Origin: Candidatus Brocadiia bacterium
Lineage (GTDB): Bacteria; Planctomycetota; Brocadiia; CAIUPP01
Assembly (NCBI GenBank): GCA_050015075.1
Contig: JBEKCB010000003.1
Span: forward strand, 160,001-224,000
Reading direction: 5' to 3'
DNA length: 64,000 nucleotides
Below, one piece after another: positions 1 through 8,822 of this stretch. The notes beneath the pieces are model-generated. The model worked only from the letters and a program-made list of their open reading frames with translations. It was not told where the DNA came from and did not search any database. The translations under genes were made by a program, and so were the position numbers. Positions within the stretch are counted from its first letter, which is position 1, and each line of letters begins with the position of its first letter.

Positions 1-16
1 GCAGCTTCCGTTCCTG

Positions 17-1240
17 GTGGGCGTGCTCGGGTTCCGGCGTTACGTGAGGCGCGCCCTGGACGAAGAGAGCGATTTCCTGAAGCGCGAAGCCGGCTCGGCG
101 GTCGCCGCGGGCGCGGCCGCCGGAACGAGCCGGCTCCGGCAGCACACGCCGAAAATCTCCGTCATCCTTCCGTGCAAGGGGATTGATCCGGGCTTCGAGG
201 AAAATGTGCGTTCGATCCTCGAGCAGCGATACCCGGATTTCGAGATCATCTTCGCCACGGCCACCGCCGACGATCCCGCCCGCAAGAGCCTGGAGGCGCT
301 GCTGAAACGGCAGCCTTCGCGGAAGGTCCGGCTGGTCGTCGCCGGAATCCAGCCGGGAAGAAGCCAGAAATTGAACAACCAGTTGGCCGCGCTGGAGGCC
401 GTGCGCCCCGAGAGCGAGGTGCTGGTCTTCTTGGATTCCGACATCCGCGCGCGGCCGACGTTCCTGCTGAGCCTGATCGAGCCGTTCGGGCGCGCGGAGA
501 CGGGCGCGACGACGGGCTTCCGGTGGTACATTCCCGAGAAGGGCGGGTTCGCCTCTTATCTGCGCGCGGCCTGGAACGGCGGCGGGACGCCGATCCTGGC
601 GCAGCGCGGCCTGGCTTACGCCTGGGGCGGCGCGATGGCGATGCGGAAGAGCGATTTCGCGCGGGCCGGCATCCGCGAAAAATGGGCCACGGCGCTGACG
701 GATGATTTTCCCCTGACCGATGCCGTGCGCAACGTGTTGAAGAGCGCCGTCGTCTTCGTGCCGCGCTGCCTGGTGCCCTCGCACGAGGATGCTTCGCTCC
801 GGCAGACGCTCGAGTGGACGAACCGGCAGACGATCATCTGCCGGGTGTACAATCCGAAGCTCTGGTGGGTCCTGTTCGTGTCGCACGGCGTGCAGTCCTT
901 GGCGCTCTTGGCCGGAGCGGCGCTGGTGGCGGCTCGGTTCCTGGGCGCTGCTGGGTTTTCTCTGACGCCTGTATTGTTTTTGTTCGCCGCCATTCCCGTC
1001 CAGATCGGTTTCGGGATGCTCCTGTGGCAGGCCGTGCGAGCGCATCTGCTTCCGGAGATCGGCGGCTGGGGCGAGGCGCTCAAGCATGCGCTGCTCGTGC
1101 CGGCGGCGATTGTCCTGATCTTCTATAACAGTGTGCATTCGCTCTGCACGAGCGTCATCTGCTGGCGAGGCGTGAAGTACCGGCTGCTTTCGGCCACGCG
1201 CACCGAAGTGCTCCCGGAGAGAACGACGCCACAGGGTTGA
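17..1240 (+). CDS. Glycosyltransferase family 2 (ceramide glucosyltransferase/HpnI-like); probably 5'-truncated by the window edge
   Basis: ISVILPCKG, QKLNN, FLDSD (DxD), AWGGAM, LTDD and WTNRQ motifs, followed by C-terminal TM helices. Confidence 0.85.
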   Translation: MGVLGFRRYVRRALDEESDFLKREAGSAVAAGAAAGTSRLRQHTPKISVILPCKGIDPGFEENVRSILEQRYPDFEIIFATATADDPARKSLEALLKRQPSRKVRLVVAGIQPGRSQKLNNQLAALEAVRPESEVLVFLDSDIRARPTFLLSLIEPFGRAETGATTGFRWYIPEKGGFASYLRAAWNGGGTPILAQRGLAYAWGGAMAMRKSDFARAGIREKWATALTDDFPLTDAVRNVLKSAVVFVPRCLVPSHEDASLRQTLEWTNRQTIICRVYNPKLWWVLFVSHGVQSLALLAGAALVAARFLGAAGFSLTPVLFLFAAIPVQIGFGMLLWQAVRAHLLPEIGGWGEALKHALLVPAAIVLIFYNSVHSLCTSVICWRGVKYRLLSATRTEVLPERTTPQG

Positions 1241-2406
1241 GGCCGATGAACATCCCGCTCTCGATATTTCTGAAGATCGCGTTCCGCACGCCGGACCTGT
1301 TCCTGTCCGTCGCGCGCGAGACGATCCGCTCGCATACGGCGCGCCTGCTGGACTACCGCTTCGGCAGGGGCTACGCCTTTCCGCCGCGGTACATTGACCT
1401 GAAGATGACGAACCTCTGCAACCTGCGCTGCAGCATGTGCGGCCAATGGGGCGACCAGGGGAATTTCCGCAACGCGCCGAAGGAGGTCCTGCAGCAGCAA
1501 CTGGAGCTGCCCGTCCTCAAACGGCTGGTGAAAGAGGTCGCCGGCTTCCGCCCGTCGTTCTATCTCTGGGGCGGCGAACCGTTCCTCTACCGCGACCTGA
1601 TTCCGTTCATCAGCACCATCAAGGCGAACAAAATGGTCTGCGCGATGAACACGAACGGGACCTTCCTGACCGAGACGGCCGATGACCTCGTCCGCCTGGG
1701 CGTGGACAATCTGCTGATTTCCGTGGACGGCCCGCGCGAGGTCCACGATCGCGTCCGCGGCATGGCCGGGACTTTCGATCGGGTGATGACCGGAGTGGAT
1801 CGCATCCTTTCGCTCCGGCGCGAACGGCGGGCCGCGAAGCCCTACGTGACCTTCGTCATAACGGTCAATCGGGAGAACGCGTCCGAGTTCCACCATGTCT
1901 ACGACCTGGCGGCGAAGCTCGGGGTGGATTTCGTCGGTCTCCAGTTCGGCACCTCCACGAGCGAGGCCACCGGCGGGGCATACGAGAAGAGGATGAAGCG
2001 GTGCCTGGGGTGCCTCGCGACAAGCTGGCGGGGGTTTCTCTCCTACAAGGTGGACTTCGACGTGGCGGCCGTCCAGGAAGGGCTCAAGCGGATCCGCAGC
2101 ACGCGACATCCGTTCGGCACGTATTTCATCCCGGATCTGTATCCCGAGGACCTGCCGGATTACTACGGCTCGAAGCACTTGGTGAAAGGACACCGCACCT
2201 GCATCGTGCCGTGGATCCGCGCGGACCTGCTGCCGAACGGCGACGTGTACCCGTGCATTGATTTCCCGGATTATATCGTCGGCAATATCCATGAGACTCC
2301 GTTGATGACCCTCTGGAACGGCCCGCAATATGTGCGGTTCCGCCGGGAATTGCAGAAAGGGCTTTTCGCGATCTGCAGCCGGTGCTCTTCGCTTTACGAG
2401 TTTTGA
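1237..2406 (+). CDS. Radical SAM protein with SPASM/Twitch domain
   Basis: CNLRCSMC, WGGEP, ISVDG, and C-terminal CIVPW...NGDVYPC...GNI...ICSRC; ATG at 1246 is an alternative start. Confidence 0.9.
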   Translation: MRPMNIPLSIFLKIAFRTPDLFLSVARETIRSHTARLLDYRFGRGYAFPPRYIDLKMTNLCNLRCSMCGQWGDQGNFRNAPKEVLQQQLELPVLKRLVKEVAGFRPSFYLWGGEPFLYRDLIPFISTIKANKMVCAMNTNGTFLTETADDLVRLGVDNLLISVDGPREVHDRVRGMAGTFDRVMTGVDRILSLRRERRAAKPYVTFVITVNRENASEFHHVYDLAAKLGVDFVGLQFGTSTSEATGGAYEKRMKRCLGCLATSWRGFLSYKVDFDVAAVQEGLKRIRSTRHPFGTYFIPDLYPEDLPDYYGSKHLVKGHRTCIVPWIRADLLPNGDVYPCIDFPDYIVGNIHETPLMTLWNGPQYVRFRRELQKGLFAICSRCSSLYEF

Positions 2407-2414
2407 CCGGGGGA

Positions 2415-3146
2415 ATGGAAGTGGCGAGGAAAGGTCTCAGCCGGATGTCGCTCATGACCGCCGACGTGATTCGGCTGGCGGTTGACGTTCTGCTCCACGC
2501 AGGAGCGATTCTCCTTGCGGGGTTCGTCTTCGTTCAAGTGTGGCGGCAGGGCGCCGTTCTGTGGCGCGTGCTGGCGTTTCCGGCGGCGTACCTGGGCCTG
2601 GTCGCCGGGTTCTGGGCGAGCGTCCTGGTCCTGCGGGCGATCCTCCTCCGCAGGATCACGCCCGGCACGTACCGGCTGAGCGAGCCGGCGGCGGTGCGAT
2701 GGATCGTCGCGGATTCTTTCATGCGCATGGTGCAGCGGAGTTTTCTCCACGGCTATATTGACGACTTCGCGCCGATGCGATATCTCTTCTATCGCTCGCT
2801 GGGCGCGCGGATAGACCGGACGTTTTTCTTCGGCTGGGACGCGAAGATCACCGATCCCTGGGCCCTTGCGGTCGGCCGGGACGTGATCATCGGCAGCTTC
2901 GCGGTGATCCTGGGGCATTCCGTCGAAGGGGACCAGGTGATTCTGGACCGCGTGGAAATAGGCGATGGAGCGACGGTGGGCATCCGGTCCGTGATCATGC
3001 CCGGCGTAAAAATCGGCGCGCGCGCGATGGTGGGCGCCTGTTCGTTGGTCCTGAAAGGAACGACGATACCCGCCGGCGAGATTTGGGCCGGCGTGCCGGC
3101 GCGGAAGATCGGCGGCGGCGCGGCGGCTTCCCCGAAGCAAGTTTGA
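2415..3146 (+). CDS. Membrane-anchored hexapeptide-repeat (LbH) acyltransferase
   Basis: Two N-terminal TM segments; VEIGDGATVG/VIMPGVKIG/IWAGVPARKI hexapeptide repeats. Confidence 0.8.
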   Translation: MEVARKGLSRMSLMTADVIRLAVDVLLHAGAILLAGFVFVQVWRQGAVLWRVLAFPAAYLGLVAGFWASVLVLRAILLRRITPGTYRLSEPAAVRWIVADSFMRMVQRSFLHGYIDDFAPMRYLFYRSLGARIDRTFFFGWDAKITDPWALAVGRDVIIGSFAVILGHSVEGDQVILDRVEIGDGATVGIRSVIMPGVKIGARAMVGACSLVLKGTTIPAGEIWAGVPARKIGGGAAASPKQV

Positions 3147-3166
3147 TTTCATCGTTGGAGAATGAT

Positions 3167-4351
3167 GTGGCGCCCGCAAAGACTGTGGCGGTGGTTCGTT
3201 GCAGCCGGTATGAGCGGAAACTTCTCCGCGATGCCGTCGAGGGAGTCTTCACCCTGATCCCGGAAGCGGCGGCTCATCTCAGCCGAGGCGCCAAGGTGCT
3301 GCTCAAGCCGAACCTGTTAAGCTCCACGGACCCGCCCGAGCGGGCGGTGAACACCCATCCCGAATTCGTCCGCGCGGTGGTCGAGTTCTGCCGCGACCGC
3401 GGCTGCGCCGTCTGGATCGGCGACTCCTGCGGAAGCCTGGCGCCCGGTTCCACGGGAAGCGCGATGGAGGTCACGGGCCTGAACCGCGTGGCCCTGGAGA
3501 CCGGCGCCCAGTTGGTCAACTTCGACACCGCCCCGAGCGTGGAAGTCCCGATCCCCAACGGCCGTGTCCTTCAGCGCGTGCGGATTTCCAAGCCGGCGCT
3601 CGAGGCGGAAGTGCTGGTCAGCCTGCCCAAGATGAAGACGCACGGGCTCACGCTGCTCACCGGCGCCGTCAAGAACCAGTTGGGCGTCGTGCCCGGCCGC
3701 GGGAAGAAGGACATCCATTGCGCGGCGCCGAAACCCGCCGAGATGTCGCAGGCGCTCGTGGATATCTACTCCGTCCTGCGGCCGCACATCGCCCTGATGG
3801 ATGGCGTGATCGCGATGGAGGGCAACGGCCCTGCCGCCGGCGAGCCGCGAGGCGTGGGCCTGGTCCTCGGCTCGGACGACTGCGTGGCGTTGGACGCGGT
3901 CGTCGCCCGGATCATGGGCTATTCGGATGGCGCGGTGATGACGACGCGCTTCGCGCACGAGCAGGGGCTTGGGACCGGAGACCTGGGCTCGATCCGGACC
4001 GCAGGGCTGACGCTGGCGGAGGCAGCCGTTCCGCACTTCAAGAAACTTCCGCATCGGCTCCAGGGCGTGATTTTCAAGTTCATTCCCGGCTTTCTCGCGA
4101 GCTGGATTTTCGACCAGTTGGGCTCCGCGCAGCCGGTGATCCTGGAGGACGCCTGCGTGCTTTGCGGCGAGTGCGTCCTCAACTGCCCGGTCCAGGCCCT
4201 TCGCCGGGAAGGCCGGCGGATCGTCACCAATCCGGCGGAGTGCATCACCTGCTATTGCTGCTCCGAGGTCTGCCGGCAGCGCGCGATCGAGATGCGCCGG
4301 CCGCTCATGGGGCGCGTGCTTCGCGTGTTCGCGGGAAAGCGTGCGAAGTAG
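3167..4351 (+). CDS. DUF362 domain protein with C-terminal 2x[4Fe-4S] ferredoxin
   Basis: VLLKPN, THP, LPKMKTH, TGAVKN, MEGNGP; CVLCGECVLNCP and CITCYCCSEVC; GTG start at 3167 after GGAG. Confidence 0.9.
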   Translation: MAPAKTVAVVRCSRYERKLLRDAVEGVFTLIPEAAAHLSRGAKVLLKPNLLSSTDPPERAVNTHPEFVRAVVEFCRDRGCAVWIGDSCGSLAPGSTGSAMEVTGLNRVALETGAQLVNFDTAPSVEVPIPNGRVLQRVRISKPALEAEVLVSLPKMKTHGLTLLTGAVKNQLGVVPGRGKKDIHCAAPKPAEMSQALVDIYSVLRPHIALMDGVIAMEGNGPAAGEPRGVGLVLGSDDCVALDAVVARIMGYSDGAVMTTRFAHEQGLGTGDLGSIRTAGLTLAEAAVPHFKKLPHRLQGVIFKFIPGFLASWIFDQLGSAQPVILEDACVLCGECVLNCPVQALRREGRRIVTNPAECITCYCCSEVCRQRAIEMRRPLMGRVLRVFAGKRAK

Positions 4352-4399
4352 CGCCCGGCGCGCCGTGAGGCGCATGGTCGTTGCGCGATGCGCGGATTA

Positions 4400-4438
4400 A
4401 AAAACGTGGGCCGCGTGATGCAATGCATCACGCGGCCC
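4400..4438 (-). terminator. Rho-independent terminator between convergent genes
   Basis: GGGCCGCGTGATGC-aat-GCATCACGCGGCCC perfect stem, followed by a T-run on the minus strand. Confidence 0.75.
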
Positions 4439-4493
4439 GTTCTTCCCCGGCGTCACATCATCAGGACGCTGGGCACGTCCAAGTCACCGTAAA

Positions 4494-5624
4494 TTACTTC
4501 TGCCGTCTCCGAAGGAACAGGCTGCTAAGTCCGAGGCCCAGCAACGTGAGAGTCGCCGGCTCGGGGACCGTAGACGCATACAGCGAAGACGAGTCCTGCG
4601 TGCTGCCAATGACTTCGTCGCCCGCCGCAGTGGTGAAAGTCTGACCGTCCACGGTGACGGTGCCGCCGGTCACTGTGCCCGCAATCGTGGGGACAGTGTA
4701 GGAGAAGGCGTCGTCACTTGCGATCTGCCAGCTACCCGCGTCCGCCGAAGTGCCCTCGTAATTCGAACTCTCCGGGAAGTAAAGGGTGGGCTGGAAATCG
4801 ATGAGATTGCCGACACCGCCGAAAGCGGCGACTGCACTTGCATTCCCGCCTTCGACTGCCAGGAAAATGCCGTTCTCCAGGTTGGGAGCCGTTCCGATAT
4901 TCCCAATGCCTGCGTCCGGCCCAGTCAGGGCAAGCGTTTCCACCGCGCAGTATGCGTTCCCGTTGATCGTGCCTTCATTCTCGAACACGCCATCAAGGAA
5001 CACGCTGCTGCTGGCGTTGGAACCGGCGCCCGGATAAGTGTCGAACGTTACGCCCGAAGTGCCCGGAACCCACTGTTGCGGCGCAAGGCCCGTGCCACCC
5101 GGATTGAACAACGCGTTCTTGCTTCCCGCCGTGGTGGAGCCGTTGTCAATGTTGTCATAGACGACCCACGCGCCGGACGTGCCAGCGGGCTGGCCGGACG
5201 GGATCGGGTTCCTGGTGCTGTTTCCAAGGTAGACGTAGAGGGTCGTGACGCCGGCCACTGTGGTGGTAGTCGCCCCAACCACTTTGAGGTCGTACGCAAG
5301 GCCGGTCAACGATCCATAGTTGGCTCCGCTGACTGAATTGAAAGCCAGCGAACTGCCACTCGTCTGGTCCACGAGTCCTTCCACGTTGAACAGGGTGCGG
5401 TCCTCATCCCCGCCTTGCGGCGCGTTGTTGAGGATCGGTCCCCAGCCTGCGGGCGCGGGCTCGCCGGTCGGGTAAGTCCCGGCAGGGAATCCCGGGATGC
5501 CCTGTCCGCCGGAGGCGACGTTGAAGTCTTCCGGCGACCGCGGGTACAGCGAATCTGCGTTCGCCGATGCCGCAAGGAAGGCCAGAATACCCAACACACT
5601 AACGACAACCAATGCTTTTCTCAT
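4494..5624 (-). CDS. PEP-CTERM sorting domain protein (secreted, Ser/Thr/Gly-rich)
   Basis: Signal peptide MRKALVVVSVLGILAFLAASANA; C-terminus VPEPATLTLLGLGLSSLFLRRRQK; GGAGG RBS. Confidence 0.95.
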   Translation of the reverse strand: MRKALVVVSVLGILAFLAASANADSLYPRSPEDFNVASGGQGIPGFPAGTYPTGEPAPAGWGPILNNAPQGGDEDRTLFNVEGLVDQTSGSSLAFNSVSGANYGSLTGLAYDLKVVGATTTTVAGVTTLYVYLGNSTRNPIPSGQPAGTSGAWVVYDNIDNGSTTAGSKNALFNPGGTGLAPQQWVPGTSGVTFDTYPGAGSNASSSVFLDGVFENEGTINGNAYCAVETLALTGPDAGIGNIGTAPNLENGIFLAVEGGNASAVAAFGGVGNLIDFQPTLYFPESSNYEGTSADAGSWQIASDDAFSYTVPTIAGTVTGGTVTVDGQTFTTAAGDEVIGSTQDSSSLYASTVPEPATLTLLGLGLSSLFLRRRQK

Positions 5625-5705
5625 CCTACCTGCACCTCCTCTATGATAAAGAAACCGATGAAGCCACACGTCACAATCGTCGCGCACGTCCGAGTTTTTG
5701 TTCGT

Positions 5706-6368
5706 TTAGCCCCTCCTTTCCCCCGAGTCCACAAACTTGCCCATAGTTCTCACAATGATGATGAAGTCCACCCACCAGCACATGCGCTGGGCGTACATGG
5801 TGTCGAGCTTGACTTTCCGGCGCACGTCGCGCAACGCGTGGTCGTAACCGGCGCGCACCTGCGCCAGGCCGGTGATCCCCGGCTTGACGGTGAGCCGCTG
5901 ATCGTAGCCGGGAATGCGTTCCCGGAGCTGCTGCACGAAATGAGGCCGCTCCGGCCGAGGACCGACGAGGCTCATTTCGCCGCGGACCACGTTGACGAGC
6001 TGCGGCAGTTCGTCCAGATGCGACCGCCTGAGAAAACCGCCGACCAGGGTCACGCGCGAGTCGTGCGCATCGGCCCACACCGGGCCGCTCTTCGTCTCGG
6101 CGTCGGGGCGCATCGTCCGCACCTTGATGATATTGAATGTGCGCCCATGCTCGCCGACGCGCTCCTGCTTGTAGAATGCAGGACCGCGCGAGGTCAACTT
6201 GACCAGCAGCGCGGTGAGACCGATGATCGGCGCGAACGCGACGAGCAATATAAGTCCGACGATGCGATCGAACTTCGGCTTCATCGAGCGGTATTTCGTC
6301 CGCAGATACCGCACGCCCATGGCGATGAAGCCTGTTCCGAGCAATGTAAGTGTTGCGGGTTCCGGCAT
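5706..6368 (-). CDS. Bacterial sugar transferase (polyprenyl-phosphate phosphoglycosyltransferase, WcaJ/PglC-like catalytic domain) with N-terminal PEP-CTERM-like motif
   Basis: KVRTM, DSRVT, LRRSHLDELPQL, GEMSLVGPRPE, KPGITGLAQV; starts MPEPATLTLLG after a GAGGG RBS. Confidence 0.9.
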   Translation of the reverse strand: MPEPATLTLLGTGFIAMGVRYLRTKYRSMKPKFDRIVGLILLVAFAPIIGLTALLVKLTSRGPAFYKQERVGEHGRTFNIIKVRTMRPDAETKSGPVWADAHDSRVTLVGGFLRRSHLDELPQLVNVVRGEMSLVGPRPERPHFVQQLRERIPGYDQRLTVKPGITGLAQVRAGYDHALRDVRRKVKLDTMYAQRMCWWVDFIIIVRTMGKFVDSGERRG

Positions 6369-6415
6369 TAGTCCCTCTGTTCTGATCCCGATAGTCTGAT
6401 CGTCTACTGAACCAA

Positions 6416-6432
6416 AGCAAGATGCATGCCAA
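6416..6432 (-). promoter_or_regulatory. Sigma54 (-24/-12) promoter
   Basis: Minus strand TTGGCAT-GCATC-TTGCT matches TGGCAC-N5-TTGCW; AT-rich region upstream. Confidence 0.75.
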
Positions 6433-6932
6433 TAATTTCCATTAATCCGGGCCCGAAACCGCCGTGCGTGGAATGCACTGTCAAATAAGGACATAGGACA
6501 CTTTTGAATCTGAAATTATCTGCGAATCCGCGTTTTTAGGGGAATCGTATATGAAAACCGTGTTGAGAGGGCTAGACAGACTGGACTTCACGGAATGACA
6601 CTTAACAACATAACGTGCATTCTTATAGTGCGTTATGACGCGTTCATAATTTTAGACTCGCGAAAGTGATTTGAACTTGGGCCGAAGCCAGCCTGGCTAT
6701 GATGCTAACGTGCGCTCTAACAGGGACTTGCGATGAACCGTTTCAGGGCTGTGGAGTTCTTGTGGAAAAGCGGATGCAATGCTGAAAAGCCACGGCGAAG
6801 CCGTGTTGTGGACTCTCGGCGCGACGGGGTTCGAACGTCGAAATGCATCCGCTTGACCATGAGGCGCGCTCAAGGTATGCTTGTGGACGCACTGCGACTT
6901 GCCGTTTCGCTTTCCGCCCTGGGATGGGTTTC

Positions 6933-7784
6933 ATGGATCAAGCCGCGTCGGGCAAGACACTGGGTTTGGCCTTGGGCGGAGGCAGCGAACTGGGGCTGGC
7001 GCATCTGGGCGTGCTGTGCGTGCTCGAAGAGCACGGCATTCGAGCCTCATTTATTTCCGGCTGCAGCGCCGGAGCGCTCGTGGCGGCTTTTTACGCCGGC
7101 GGCGCGCCGGTGGAATTCATGCGCGAGATCGGGCTGAGGCTCAACTGGCGCGCGCTCCAGAAGTTCACGCTGCCGGTGCTGGCGCTCTCGACGAACGAGC
7201 CGCTGGGGCGGTTCCTCCAACGATTCCTGCCCGCGCGCGATTTCGCATCGCTCAAGATACCGATCCGGCTCGTGACGACGGACCTGCTTACGGCGGAGAT
7301 GGTGGTCTTTCAAGGCGGGCCGCCGTTCAAGCCGCTCGGGATCATCGAGGACCCGGAAGTGGTTTTCGAGACCGGCGATTTCATCGAGGCGGTCCGGGCG
7401 AGCTGCGCCCGGCCGGTCATCAATCGCCCGGTGAAGATCGGCAAGCGGCTGCTCGTGGACGGCGCATTGACGAACAATGTGCCCGCGCTGCTGACGCGCG
7501 ACATGGGCGCCGACGTGGTCGTCGCGGTGGACCTGCACCGGCGCCAGTGGAAGGACAAGCCGCCCACGAACATCTTCACCTACGCCGTCCAGGCCCAGGC
7601 GATCCACCTGCACTGGAGCATCAAGCACCGCAAGGTCGCCGCCGACGTGGTGATCCATCCCGACTTCAGCCAGGTGCGCGCGCTGGATTTTTCGGCGGGG
7701 AAGGATCTGGTGCGCTGTGGCGAGGAAGCCGCGAGGAACGCGCTGCCGGCGATTCAGGAAGCCCTGGCCTGCCCGAAGCCGTAA
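6933..7784 (+). CDS. Patatin-like phospholipase (RssA/NTE family)
   Basis: LALGGGS oxyanion loop, GCSAG (GxSxG), VDGA. Confidence 0.9.
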   Translation: MDQAASGKTLGLALGGGSELGLAHLGVLCVLEEHGIRASFISGCSAGALVAAFYAGGAPVEFMREIGLRLNWRALQKFTLPVLALSTNEPLGRFLQRFLPARDFASLKIPIRLVTTDLLTAEMVVFQGGPPFKPLGIIEDPEVVFETGDFIEAVRASCARPVINRPVKIGKRLLVDGALTNNVPALLTRDMGADVVVAVDLHRRQWKDKPPTNIFTYAVQAQAIHLHWSIKHRKVAADVVIHPDFSQVRALDFSAGKDLVRCGEEAARNALPAIQEALACPKP

Positions 7785-7793
7785 GGAAACGCC

Positions 7794-8624
7794 CTACCCT
7801 TTTTGCGCGCCGCTTAACCGGTTGGTCACCAGCCCGTCCCAGTTGAAGTCCGGGTAGCATTCTCGAAGCCGGCTCAGCATGTAGTCGGGCGACTCCTGGA
7901 AGGTCTGCGTCCGTTCCATGAAGAAGTAGCGCAGGTCGCCGGCCGCCATGCGATAGCGGTTCTCGAACAGGCTCAGCGGCGTCCGGTCCTGGTAGAAGCG
8001 GCGCAGCAGCACCGGCCGTCCCTGGCATTCCTCCTCGACGCGCTCCAGGTCGAGCCGCCGGGCGATGGCCGGATTCCCGCTCACGCTCGGGTAGGCTCGC
8101 AGACCGCCGAGGGGCGTGAAGAGGAGGTACTCATGGTAGAACTTGTCGTGATGCGGGTTGACCGTGATGCAGAGGTCGGTGGACTTCAGCGACAGGGTCG
8201 CGTAGTCGAAGACCAGCTTCATGAGCGCGAGCACCATCGCCAGCGAGCGCGAGACGGACAGGCGGCGATCCGCGAGCATCGTGACCTCGATCAGCCGCCG
8301 GCCGGCGTCGCGCAGGGCCTGGACCTCGTCGTGGTAGATCTCGTCCATGGGCAGCCCGACCGGCGTGTCGGGGATCACCGACACCGTGGCGATGACTTCG
8401 TCGCGGATCACGCCGACGAAAGTGACCGTGCTCGGGAACGCGTTGAAGATCGTGAGGCGCAGGCCGGAAGAATTCGGCGGAATATAATCGCGGGTTCGAT
8501 AGTTCTGGTAGACCAGCTCGTACGCGCTTTCAAGCTCAGCGCGGCTGAGCGCCGGCCGGATCTCGAGGTCGCCGCTTCCCCCACGGTCAGCCTCGCCGGG
8601 CGTCGCGCTATCCTTCGGGATCAT
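7794..8624 (-). CDS. FeeM-like N-acyl amino acid synthase / GNAT-fold acyltransferase
   Basis: AYELVYQNY, D-T-PVGLPMDEIY, LIEVTMLA, LCITVNPHH-KFY pattern. Confidence 0.7.
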   Translation of the reverse strand: MIPKDSATPGEADRGGSGDLEIRPALSRAELESAYELVYQNYRTRDYIPPNSSGLRLTIFNAFPSTVTFVGVIRDEVIATVSVIPDTPVGLPMDEIYHDEVQALRDAGRRLIEVTMLADRRLSVSRSLAMVLALMKLVFDYATLSLKSTDLCITVNPHHDKFYHEYLLFTPLGGLRAYPSVSGNPAIARRLDLERVEEECQGRPVLLRRFYQDRTPLSLFENRYRMAAGDLRYFFMERTQTFQESPDYMLSRLRECYPDFNWDGLVTNRLSGAQKG

Positions 8625-8822
8625 CAACAAGACACGTCCTACATACCCGGAAAGGACAGTCCGTCCTTCTCCTGAAACAGCCCCAGCCAAAGGATTCTAC
8701 GTGACGACTTACCGATAGTCAACTCCGATGTCAAGAATATTTTCCAACGCCGCGCGCCGGCGCGCCCGCCGGGAACTTGCTTTTTCCGGCATCGTGTCCC
8801 GATGAGGTAATAAAAAAACCGC

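Noticed and set aside
6369-6494. 42-aa N-terminal extension of the sugar transferase
   Set aside because: It contains the sigma54 promoter and precedes a good RBS plus ATG at 6368.
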